A stretch of DNA of 64,000 nucleotides from a virus: positions 1 to 64,000 of the IMG/VR virus record IMGVR_UViG_3300024261_000028. One strand, 5' to 3'. The notes beneath the pieces are model-generated. The model was not told where the DNA came from. It saw only the letters and a list, made by a program, of their open reading frames with translations, and ran no database searches. Position 1 is the stretch's first letter; every line of letters begins with the position of its first letter. The translations under genes and the position numbers were made by a program. Below are positions 1 to 6,777 of the stretch, one piece after another.

Positions 1-82
1 TAACATCATCATCATAATTTAACACCATTGTGTAACCATTATCTTTATTATGATATACCATCATCATTTGTCGTTCACTCAT
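1..82 (-). CDS. hypothetical protein, N-terminal fragment (ORF runs off window start)
   Basis: Own reading: ATG at 82..80 overlaps TGA of ORF 79..300 (ATGA); reads MSERQMMMVYHNKDNGYTMVLNYDDDV to position 1 without a stop. Confidence 0.3.
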   Translation of the reverse strand, partial: MSERQMMMVYHNKDNGYTMVLNYDDDV

Positions 83-300
83 GATTCATCTCCTTTTGGC
101 ATATCTACATCATCCTGTGAAATATCAGTGTTATCCATATCCCATTTCTCTGCCTTTTCTTGACACTCTAAGATATAATCTGCTATATCCCTACTCCTTT
201 CTTCTGGTTTTATACTTATGATTAATTCATCATCTAATAGAATGTCATAATCCTCATCTATATCTTCCCAGTTGGTGAATCTATCCTTAGTTAGTTTCAT
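79..300 (-). CDS. hypothetical acidic protein (73 aa)
   Basis: ORF track; start/stop overlaps with neighbours on the same strand; no recognisable motif. Confidence 0.5.
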   Translation of the reverse strand: MKLTKDRFTNWEDIDEDYDILLDDELIISIKPEERSRDIADYILECQEKAEKWDMDNTDISQDDVDMPKGDES

Positions 301-395
301 TTACAGTCCTCACAATTTTCATCTACACATACAGGGTTATGCTTTCCATCCCTTGTAGGGTGTGTGGTGTTTCTGCGCCTAATCGTTCTTGTCAT
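297..395 (-). CDS. hypothetical mini-protein (32 aa, Cys-containing)
   Basis: Own reading: MTRTIRRRNTTHPTRDGKHNPVCVDENCEDCK; its TGA overlaps the ATG of ORF 79..300 (ATGA). Confidence 0.3.
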   Translation of the reverse strand: MTRTIRRRNTTHPTRDGKHNPVCVDENCEDCK

Positions 396-765
396 GACCA
401 ACCTCTTTTGTAATATCACTCACTTTCTTTGACAGTGTCTTTTTTGTTGATTTCTTTGCAGGTTTCTTGTATTTTTCCGGATGTGCGGCCTGATATAATG
501 CCCTCTCTTTGTTTAACTCTGCATCCAGTTTATGTTTTTTCTCCATATGCTTGGTTAATTGTGTTATCATCCTATACATCCTTTTCTCGTTCTGTTGTAT
601 CTGTCTTACCATGTAAGGTTGTTTTTCTATTAGTCTATCAGCCTCTTCTTTAAAACCATCCATTTCAAAATTCATTTTGGTTATCTCATTGGAGACAGTT
701 TCCACATCTTCTATCAATATGTCCAGTTTGTTTTCTGTTGTATTTTTTTCTATTTGATTTTCCAT
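379..765 (-). CDS. hypothetical coiled-coil protein (128 aa)
   Basis: ORF track; charged heptad-like sequence, basic C-terminus; antisense ORF 429..653 looks spurious. Confidence 0.55.
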   Translation of the reverse strand: MENQIEKNTTENKLDILIEDVETVSNEITKMNFEMDGFKEEADRLIEKQPYMVRQIQQNEKRMYRMITQLTKHMEKKHKLDAELNKERALYQAAHPEKYKKPAKKSTKKTLSKKVSDITKEVGHDKND

Positions 766-1001
766 TTTTTCTCTAAGTCTTTTACGCTAACCGGATATAT
801 AATTCTTGCTTTTTCCAACATTATACTTGTCATACAGTCTGCACAGCATCCTCCACCGGCACCAACGGCCTGGTTCCTGCAAAGCACGCACTGTATTGCC
901 CTGTCCATCTCCCTGCCTCTTTCTTCCACGACATCCCACCTGCGTTTGGGAGTGTCATTAGGTTTGCCCAAGTCATCCCTGGATTCATTCAATCCACACA
1001 T
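750..1001 (-). CDS. hypothetical Cys-rich protein (83 aa)
   Basis: ORF track; CVLCRN...CCADC; TATA-like box 1024..1031 lies 23-30 nt upstream of the ATG. Confidence 0.45.
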   Translation of the reverse strand: MCGLNESRDDLGKPNDTPKRRWDVVEERGREMDRAIQCVLCRNQAVGAGGGCCADCMTSIMLEKARIIYPVSVKDLEKKWKIK

Positions 1002-1003
1002 AG

Positions 1004-1011
1004 ATTTATAT
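1004..1011 (+). promoter_or_regulatory. TATA-like box for plus-strand operon starting at 1035
   Basis: ATTTATAT, 24-31 nt upstream of ATG 1035; same spacing as about 20 other genes in the window. Confidence 0.5.
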
Positions 1012-1023
1012 GGCTAAACAACC

Positions 1024-1031
1024 ATATATAC
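1024..1031 (-). promoter_or_regulatory. TATA-like box for minus-strand gene starting at 1001
   Basis: GTATATAT on the minus strand, 23-30 nt upstream of ATG 1001; back-to-back with box 1004..1011 inside a 33-bp intergenic gap. Confidence 0.5.
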
Positions 1032-1034
1032 ATT

Positions 1035-1253
1035 ATGTGGACAGATAAACATACAGCAGCAGCGCACCATGAAGATTTATTAAAAGTTAGAGCGAGGGTA
1101 GCGAGCGAGAAATTTCAAGAAGAGAATGCAGGTCAGATAGGCACGTCCAAACAGATGCATGAATATAGACTTAAGGTTCTTGATGACATGATAAAACAAT
1201 CCGAGTCTGAAATGACTCAGGCACCTGCCAAGCAGGGGGACGTGTACAGATAA
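1035..1253 (+). CDS. hypothetical protein (72 aa)
   Basis: ORF track; first gene of a chain of coupled small genes; promoter-like box upstream. Confidence 0.5.
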   Translation: MWTDKHTAAAHHEDLLKVRARVASEKFQEENAGQIGTSKQMHEYRLKVLDDMIKQSESEMTQAPAKQGDVYR

Positions 1254-1390
1254 TGTTAGGAAAACAACCTAAAGTAACTGTAGGTATAATTAAAGATGTA
1301 ATAGGACTTTGTCATAAATGTTTTGATTCAGGTGTCAAGTTGTTTTTAGACAAGAAAGGATTGCCCTTGTGTAGAGGTTGCAGGTTATAA
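1253..1390 (+). CDS. zinc-ribbon mini-protein (45 aa)
   Basis: Own reading: MLGKQPKVTVGIIKDVIGLCHKCFDSGVKLFLDKKGLPLCRGCRL; TAATG overlap with the upstream stop; CxxC...CxxC. Confidence 0.45.
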   Translation: MLGKQPKVTVGIIKDVIGLCHKCFDSGVKLFLDKKGLPLCRGCRL

Positions 1391-1554
1391 TGAAAATAGT
1401 TAAAGACGGATTTGAGGTCCGAAAAATTCCAAAGGAAGAACTTGATGGTGCGATAGCACCGATTTATTTGTTGGGTCTTCCCGGAGATTTGAACAAGTTA
1501 GAGATGAAAATGAAGGTCTTCATACCAGACGAAGACACGATGGTGTTCACATGA
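1390..1554 (+). CDS. hypothetical mini-protein (54 aa)
   Basis: Own reading: MKIVKDGFEVRKIPKEELDG...; TAATG overlap upstream and ATGA overlap downstream. Confidence 0.4.
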   Translation: MKIVKDGFEVRKIPKEELDGAIAPIYLLGLPGDLNKLEMKMKVFIPDEDTMVFT

Positions 1555-1673
1555 TGAATCCCGTAATGACAGAATGCATTGTATGCAAGAGTGAGATGAT
1601 AAAAACTCACAGTGATGTATGTGGAAAATGCTTCTCCAGGGATACAAGACGCGGGTTGCCCAAGGATCGATGA
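1551..1673 (+). CDS. zinc-ribbon mini-protein (40 aa)
   Basis: Own reading: MMNPVMTECIVCKSEMIKTHSDVCGKCFSRDTRRGLPKDR; ATGA overlap with the upstream ORF. Confidence 0.45.
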   Translation: MMNPVMTECIVCKSEMIKTHSDVCGKCFSRDTRRGLPKDR

Positions 1674-1676
1674 TTC

Positions 1677-1865
1677 ATGGGTGATTCAGTTATAACAAAC
1701 TGCCCAAGCTGTGGCTTTCAATCCAAAAAGACAATAAGTGGTGGCAGGTTTGCCATATGTGACAACGGAAAGTGTACTGTAAACAAATATACCGTGCAGG
1801 ATTTTGTACCTGTGGGAAAGGATGATGGGAAACATAATAAATCATATAATAATTCAGTGCGGTAA
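1677..1865 (+). CDS. zinc-ribbon protein (62 aa)
   Basis: ORF track; CPSCG...CDNGKC. Confidence 0.55.
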   Translation: MGDSVITNCPSCGFQSKKTISGGRFAICDNGKCTVNKYTVQDFVPVGKDDGKHNKSYNNSVR

Positions 1866-1905
1866 CACGGAGTATCTTTCGTCGTCATACAGGGACATCA
1901 TTCCC

Positions 1906-2124
1906 ATGTTGGACCACAAGTGTCAATACTGTGATTGCATACTTTATGAAATTAACAATGAATTATGTAGACCTTGTAAAGATTTATATGAAAAAAAAAT
2001 TATACGTCGAGATTGCGGCCATTACCGGAAAAACACAACATCCCGAAGGTCAGATATACTATACGATGAATCATTTGTTGCTCTGAATCTGAAAGACGAC
2101 CATTTCGTCGATTTGGCAACATAA
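1906..2124 (+). CDS. Cys-rich protein (72 aa from ATG 1906; track ORF starts at 1804)
   Basis: ORF track 1804..2124 overlaps the previous gene by 62 nt; first in-frame ATG after that stop is 1906 (MLDHKCQYCDC...CRPC). Confidence 0.5.
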   Translation: MLDHKCQYCDCILYEINNELCRPCKDLYEKKIIRRDCGHYRKNTTSRRSDILYDESFVALNLKDDHFVDLAT

Positions 2125-2388
2125 TTATTTCATCTCTTCAGAACAAAGTCTGCACATTATTACATCCTCTTCAACATCACCCAACACATTTCCACAGTAA
2201 CTGCACATACGATCACCCAATGTCATGGGATCTATGTCACCGTTCCTTAGGCCTTTCATGATGCTTTCAATCTCCTTTCTGTCTTCCGGGGACATTTTTT
2301 CCAGCTCCTTCTGGAACTCCTCGTTTATCTCAATATGCCAACCGTCGCCTTTCTTCGTGGCGGAGCCACGGAACTTTTTTTCCACCAT
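2125..2388 (-). CDS. zinc-ribbon protein (87 aa)
   Basis: ORF track; CSYCGN...CRLCS; start abuts the stop of 2388..2624. Confidence 0.55.
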   Translation of the reverse strand: MVEKKFRGSATKKGDGWHIEINEEFQKELEKMSPEDRKEIESIMKGLRNGDIDPMTLGDRMCSYCGNVLGDVEEDVIMCRLCSEEMK

Positions 2389-2624
2389 TATGACATTTCC
2401 TCTTCATACGATGCAATTCCCTTAAACTCACCATCTCTGATAAATGCACGACATATGTGATTTTTCATGCATTTTATACACATTACAATACAGTCAAAAT
2501 CTCCTGACATGATTGGTTTATCTTCATTAATTACAAAATTTACATTGCTTGCCCTGTCTCTGCCCATTGTCATTATATCACCACATTCCTTGCAAATGAT
2601 ACCTGGGTTCAGTTTGATCAACAT
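2388..2624 (-). CDS. zinc-ribbon protein (78 aa)
   Basis: ORF track; CKECG...CIKCMKNHIC. Confidence 0.55.
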   Translation of the reverse strand: MLIKLNPGIICKECGDIMTMGRDRASNVNFVINEDKPIMSGDFDCIVMCIKCMKNHICRAFIRDGEFKGIASYEEEMS

Positions 2625-2689
2625 GTTGCTATATATTATATACGGGGAATGTAATATATAATTGTTGGTCTTGCCTAATCTGTTTCATC

Positions 2690-3160
2690 TTATGAATCTG
2701 TTTCATCATCTGTATCACTCTCTACACCGTTGTGCCTGCCGTCACCTAGCGGGCCTTTGCTGCAGTTTAACTGATTGCTTTTCAACCGTTCGCCTACTGT
2801 TGATGTGTCCGGTGTTATCTCATCCCAATCCTCAAACTCCAAAATTTCGGCCTTTCTCTCATCTTCCATTATATTTAGAAAGATATGTCGTCCGAACTCT
2901 GCACCATGCCAGAATCCCGCTTTATGCACTTGTCTTAACAGTTTTGGGAGGCTAGGCATTTCTTCGATAGTTTCCATTGTATTGATATCCTCACCTTCCA
3001 TAACCTTTAAAATTGTCTCAAACGATAATGCCTCATTGGCCTCACCATCCATCTCAAGTTCCTTTATTATGTCCTTTAGGGTCATTGGTGCCATAACATC
3101 ACTATGTTCTGACATTATATATAGAATGGTAAAGTTGTCGTATCTATAGATATCACTCAT
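2690..3160 (-). CDS. hypothetical acidic protein (156 aa)
   Basis: ORF track; overlaps the end of 3153..3545 by 8 nt on the same strand; antisense ORFs 2662..2955 and 2775..3149 rejected. Confidence 0.55.
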   Translation of the reverse strand: MSDIYRYDNFTILYIMSEHSDVMAPMTLKDIIKELEMDGEANEALSFETILKVMEGEDINTMETIEEMPSLPKLLRQVHKAGFWHGAEFGRHIFLNIMEDERKAEILEFEDWDEITPDTSTVGERLKSNQLNCSKGPLGDGRHNGVESDTDDETDS

Positions 3161-3545
3161 ATGGACTGATCTCTTTCTCGTGTGGTATTATGACAACCTG
3201 TCGTGACACTATGCTGTACGGTGTAGTCGGGTGAAACGGGTCCAATCTTGTAATGCCATTTGACTTACCGAAGGCATTGCTTTTTTGTATAATCGTGTCA
3301 AGGTCTAATTTATAAATGTCTATCTCATATGTACCGTTATCCAATGATATGGAATCGTCAAGATTACCCTGTAGTATAAACTGTAATGTGAAGATGGAGT
3401 CGCCAGACTCCTTTTCCACGTTACACGCCTTGATTACGTGCGGGCCAGAAAGACCCCTAATCGCCAATCTAGGCATGTTTATTATTGGATTATATACTAT
3501 ATAAATGGTGTGATATTCTTCACATTGGTGTGGTATTTTCCACAT
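3153..3545 (-). CDS. hypothetical protein (130 aa)
   Basis: ORF track; no motif recognised. Confidence 0.55.
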   Translation of the reverse strand: MWKIPHQCEEYHTIYIVYNPIINMPRLAIRGLSGPHVIKACNVEKESGDSIFTLQFILQGNLDDSISLDNGTYEIDIYKLDLDTIIQKSNAFGKSNGITRLDPFHPTTPYSIVSRQVVIIPHEKEISPYE

Positions 3546-3562
3546 TGATTCATATATCTAGT

Positions 3563-3943
3563 TCAGGCGGGGGTCATGCCACTCGAAGAGTGGTCACTAA
3601 AATTATAACCATAACCCTTATCATGACTAATATTAATAGGCACACCAGTAACAGTATGCAGTGAATCCCCATCTTCCAAAAGGGGGGACTTTGGCAGTTT
3701 CCAGTTGATTGAGCAGTAGTCAGTGTACGTAGGCACGTTCATTTGGATAGACTCAGGCATGGACCTGGTTTCTGTGAAATATCTTCCCATGTGATACTTT
3801 ATGCTGTATATGTCTAGTTTCTTTAGTTTGTTCTTAATTTTTAGTTTCGTTCTCAGCCCCCTCTCAAAGAGTTGTGAACAAGGATTGCACAGTTGATTTA
3901 TTGAACCTACTTTGCATATTGCACATTCATAAGGCCATGGCAT
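3563..3943 (-). CDS. hypothetical protein with N-terminal zinc ribbon (126 aa)
   Basis: ORF track; CAICK...CNPC; first gene transcribed leftwards out of the non-coding hub. Confidence 0.55.
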   Translation of the reverse strand: MPWPYECAICKVGSINQLCNPCSQLFERGLRTKLKIKNKLKKLDIYSIKYHMGRYFTETRSMPESIQMNVPTYTDYCSINWKLPKSPLLEDGDSLHTVTGVPINISHDKGYGYNFSDHSSSGMTPA

Positions 3944-4020
3944 GGTATAATTATGTATTCTCCTAATATAAAACTATGTTTATTTAGGGATAGAAGTGTG
4001 GCCCCGATTGTTAAAGGTAA

Positions 4021-4076
4021 CCAACCACGGGACCACGGGAGTAATGCAGCACACTGCTGCACTTGGGCTTTCGCCC
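4021..4076. other. GC-rich island with tandem octamer and two short stable hairpins
   Basis: CCACGGGA repeated at 4025..4032 and 4033..4040; hairpin GCAGC-ACACT-GCTGC 4046..4060; GGGC-TTTC-GCCC 4065..4076 (GGGC-GAAA-GCCC, a GNRA-type loop, on the minus strand). Confidence 0.4.
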
Positions 4077-4375
4077 ATGTATATCCTGCCAAGGACGTAC
4101 GATACGTGTGTGGATATGAGCACTGAAATAGGACGTTACTCTATACAAGTGTGCTCGTTGAGTTCTTACGAATCTCAAATAACTTCTGACAGTTGTCCAC
4201 ATATATTATACGGCTTTGTCACATATAAATTCTGTTATATTTTTCATAATGATTTATATATCTTGTCCCTTTTTTAAATAAAAATAATTTTCCATGAGCA
4301 CTTGCGACACTATATATACCTACCTCTATACTGTGAAAATGTTTCTATGAAAGATATGTTTATATTAGGGTTTTT

Positions 4376-4414
4376 CACGCCTACCACGCCTGAGTATATA
4401 AACTCACGCCTGAG
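4376..4414 (+). repeat. three CACGCC(TGAG) direct repeats flanking a TATATAAA box
   Basis: CACGCC at 4376..4381, CACGCCTGAG at 4385..4394 and 4405..4414; GTATATAAAC lies between the last two. Confidence 0.45.
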
Positions 4415-4586
4415 AGTACGCTATAATACATAGGTTCTTATAGGGGGAGTATGTGGCAGGTGTATATGTCTATATACATGGTTCCCACAGGAACGAATCG
4501 CTATGTATCATGTACAATAAGCGTAACAATATCATCATATAGGTATAGTAGTAGGTAATAGTAACCCCCCTATATTACATAACAGT

Positions 4587-4656
4587 AACATATGGGGGCG
4601 ACAGGTTTAAAAGGGCTAGGCACAAAAGGTGGGTGTTCTCGAGCAATTCGAGTGTG
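4587..4656 (+). repeat. conserved promoter-like element, copy 1 (most divergent)
   Basis: AACATATGGGGGCGACAGG-TTTAAAAG-GGCTAGGCACAAAAGGTGGGTGTTCTCGAGCAATTCGAG; TATA-like box 4606..4613. Confidence 0.55.
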
Positions 4657-4762
4657 TCATTGTAGTAATGTATGTAGTGGTAGATGTAAGTAGGTATACT
4701 AGTAATAGTGAACCCCCGAAATAAGCAACGTGCTATATATATGAGTGTAATGATACATCAAC

Positions 4763-4830
4763 AACATATGGGGCAGGTGGATTTAAATACCTCAGGCACA
4801 AATGGTCGTTGGATTCGAAGTTCGGGTTCG
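4763..4830 (+). repeat. conserved promoter-like element, copy 2
   Basis: AACATATGGGGCAGGTGGA-TTTAAATA-CCTCAGGCACAAATGGTCGTTGGATTCGAAGTTCGGGTTCG; TATA box 4782..4789. Confidence 0.6.
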
Positions 4831-5000
4831 TTAGGTATCATAAGATATCAAAAGAGTAATTGAAAAGGTCGGCATATTGACCTAAAGAATATGTATTATA
4901 AATCCTTTAAAAGAGGATTGGAGAAACGCTATACCATATACAAGATACTTTAATGTTGAGTTGTGTGGTATAGCAAGGTTCTATTAAACTGTTATATCAA

Positions 5001-5068
5001 TAACATTAGGCGACCGAGGGGTTTAATAACCCCAAGCACAAATGGTCGTTGATTGCGAAAATCACGCC
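5001..5068 (+). repeat. conserved promoter-like element, copy 3 (precedes gene 5112)
   Basis: TAACATTAGGCGACCGAGGGG-TTTAATAA-CCCCAAGCACAAATGGTCGTTGATTGCGAAAATCACGCC; TATA-like box 5022..5029. Confidence 0.6.
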
Positions 5069-5111
5069 AATCAATCAATGTTAATTCATGGTTGAGGCGA
5101 TATGATTAGAT

Positions 5112-5492
5112 ATGATTACCTTCGCTAGTAATCTAATGGGTGATGACCTAACCATCAATATACCAACATCTGAAAAACCAACACAAGCAACTATAAAGGC
5201 AGATGTAGTCGTTGCTTCTACATATGGTGTCAAATCCACCATGAAATCCCTTCATGAGGTTTGTGAGGGAGAATCTGTTACCCTAAGACAGAAAGACAAT
5301 GGCAACATATCTTTCTTAAAGGACAGCAGATTACCAGAAGCCCTATATAAACACGTAGCACATTTGGTAAGAGCAATACCAAAAGGAAAGTATTATATTA
5401 GATACGTTCCTAAAAAGAATGTTCCAGCATTTAAACAGATTCTAACAAAATCTGGTATAAGTGTAGAGTTCGTTGGGGATATTTCCCAATGA
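5112..5492 (+). CDS. hypothetical protein (126 aa)
   Basis: ORF track; first gene of the long plus-strand block; ATGA overlap with the next gene. Confidence 0.6.
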   Translation: MITFASNLMGDDLTINIPTSEKPTQATIKADVVVASTYGVKSTMKSLHEVCEGESVTLRQKDNGNISFLKDSRLPEALYKHVAHLVRAIPKGKYYIRYVPKKNVPAFKQILTKSGISVEFVGDISQ

Positions 5493-5692
5493 AACTTACA
5501 CTCCCATTAGTGAAAGAGAACAACCTTTGTTGGTTCTGCCATAAAGATGTTAAAAATGGGTTTGTTTGTGAGGAATGGGATTACGTCATGTATCACAAAG
5601 AATGTGGGGATAAAATATCCACTACTGCCTGTGCAGTTTGTATAGGAGAGGGTTTAAAGCCTTGTTGTAGAGATGAGGGCGTAACCCAATGA
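5489..5692 (+). CDS. Cys-rich protein (67 aa)
   Basis: ORF track; CWFCHKD...CAVCIGEGLKPCC. Confidence 0.55.
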   Translation: MKLTLPLVKENNLCWFCHKDVKNGFVCEEWDYVMYHKECGDKISTTACAVCIGEGLKPCCRDEGVTQ

Positions 5693-5862
5693 CCTCTCTT
5701 ATTAGAGAGTTCTCTATTGGATATTCATCTTATGTGCTATGTACAGAATGTGATGAACAATGGATAGATACTGACTATGTTTGGGTTGGAGCTCCTAGAA
5801 ATAATAGATGTACAGATTGCTTCTCTTTTGAGGAAGAAGATTCAATGGGAGATTCCTCATGA
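5689..5862 (+). CDS. Cys-containing mini-protein (57 aa)
   Basis: Own reading: MTSLIREFSIGYSSYVLCTECDEQW...NNRCTDCFSFEEEDSMGDSS; ATGA overlaps at both ends. Confidence 0.45.
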   Translation: MTSLIREFSIGYSSYVLCTECDEQWIDTDYVWVGAPRNNRCTDCFSFEEEDSMGDSS

Positions 5863-5993
5863 CCTCTTTTAAGGATATAGAAGAATCATTCGGTGAGATT
5901 GAGGCTCTATTAGCAGATGTTTTTGTTGATAATAGAATCCCCCTTCCTGAAGAAGAAGAAAGCATGGATTATGGTGTAGGTGATTGTTCATGA
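5859..5993 (+). CDS. acidic mini-protein (44 aa)
   Basis: Own reading: MTSFKDIEESFGEIEALLADVFVDNRIPLPEEEESMDYGVGDCS; ATGACCTCT start context identical to the preceding gene. Confidence 0.4.
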   Translation: MTSFKDIEESFGEIEALLADVFVDNRIPLPEEEESMDYGVGDCS

Positions 5994-6196
5994 ATGACAC
6001 ACCACATTGGACAGATAAATCACTATCTACCATAATGCAACACATGGCTAGACAGATAGATTTATTACAATTACGTGTATCTGAACTAGAACGTGCCATG
6101 CCATGCCCACATAGAGAAACAGAAGAAGATTACTCATTTGATGGGGAATCAGAAAATAGGATAGAGGTATGTACTGCCTGTGGAGAAACACTATGA
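5990..6196 (+). CDS. hypothetical protein (68 aa from ATG 5990; track start 5984)
   Basis: ORF track; ATG 5990 overlaps the upstream TGA; C-terminal CTACGETL. Confidence 0.5.
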   Translation: MNDTPHWTDKSLSTIMQHMARQIDLLQLRVSELERAMPCPHRETEEDYSFDGESENRIEVCTACGETL

Positions 6197-6375
6197 GTAA
6201 AGGAGATATGCTAACAATAGAAAATACCTGTTGTAACGACCTAATTGCTTTTGAGCATGAAACACAATGTAGATTGTGTTTTACAACAGATTGTTGGGGT
6301 TGTACAGGAGAAAGAACGTGCCTATGTGAGTGTAATGGCAGGAATAGAGATGAGGAGTTGGATATAGGAACATGA
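6193..6375 (+). CDS. Cys-rich protein (60 aa from ATG 6193; track start 6169)
   Basis: ORF track; ATGA overlap at 6193; CCND...CRLC...CWGC...CLCEC. Confidence 0.5.
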   Translation: MSKGDMLTIENTCCNDLIAFEHETQCRLCFTTDCWGCTGERTCLCECNGRNRDEELDIGT

Positions 6376-6445
6376 TTGATATAAATGCCCTCATTTTTAT
6401 TGGTGGTTTTATAGTAATACTCGTAGCAATTAAGAGGTTCTTGCT

Positions 6446-6613
6446 ATGATTATAGCGAAATGCAATCTATGTGATGGGGAGTTGCCTGTTGATGATGTTT
6501 GGGAAAATAGGGATTCCCAGCATAGAAAATGGCACTCCCCACATAGTGTAACGGGAAGGATATATACAAATCATATAAGAGGAGAGGTTCATTATACGTT
6601 TATGTATGATTAA
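6446..6613 (+). CDS. hypothetical mini-protein (55 aa)
   Basis: Own reading: MIIAKCNLCDGELPVDDVWENRDSQHRKWHSPHSV...YTFMYD; the last codons (MYD-stop) belong to the duplicated cassette; preceded by a 25-aa hydrophobic mini-ORF at 6372..6449. Confidence 0.4.
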   Translation: MIIAKCNLCDGELPVDDVWENRDSQHRKWHSPHSVTGRIYTNHIRGEVHYTFMYD

Positions 6614-6626
6614 TATGTATATGTCA

Positions 6627-6703
6627 TTAACGTATGGGGATCGGTGGGTTTAAATACCCCCGAGGCGAATGGTCGTTGTGAATTTCGAGTTTCGATTTCG
6701 AGT
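6627..6703 (+). repeat. conserved promoter-like element, copy 4
   Basis: ATTAACGTATGGGGATCGGTGGG-TTTAAATA-CCCCCGAGGCGAATGGTCGTTGTGAATTTCGAGTTTCGATTTCGAG; TATA box 6649..6656. Confidence 0.6.
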
Positions 6704-6735
6704 TTATTTAATTGATTATTTATTTAATTGATTAT
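6704..6735 (+). repeat. perfect 16-bp tandem duplication in AT-rich tract
   Basis: TTATTTAATTGATTAT at 6704..6719 and 6720..6735, followed by a partial third copy. Confidence 0.8.
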
Positions 6736-6760
6736 TTAATTAAACAGTATTTATTTACAA

Positions 6761-6777
6761 ATACATTGAAAATGTAT
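6761..6777. promoter_or_regulatory. palindrome ATACATT-GAA-AATGTAT overlapping the first ATG
   Basis: 7-bp perfect inverted repeat with 3-nt spacer; identical copy at 8603..8619. Confidence 0.5.

Larger units (their letters stand above)
4540..5068 (+). repeat. three degenerate tandem units (about 150-240 bp each) in the non-coding hub
   Basis: Units begin TAGGTATA(G/C)TAGTA...ATAGT(A/G)AACCCCC (4540, 4691); each ends in a copy of the conserved TATA-containing element (4587..4656, 4763..4830, 5001..5068). Confidence 0.6.

Noticed and set aside
3907-4277. Track ORFs 3907..4092(-), 3996..4277(+) and 4011..4202(-) in the non-coding hub
   Set aside because: They overlap each other on both strands. 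They lack the TATA spacing or RBS seen at real genes. They have odd composition and sit in the repeat- and hairpin-rich region.
4801-6723. Short ORFs starting at the conserved ATGGTCGTTG inside the repeat element (MVVGFEVRVR, MVVDCENHANQSMLIHG, MVVVNFEFRFRVYLIDYLFN)
   Set aside because: The ATG is absent in copies 1 and 5. Lengths and sequences after the fourth codon are unrelated. Conservation is at nucleotide level, not protein level.
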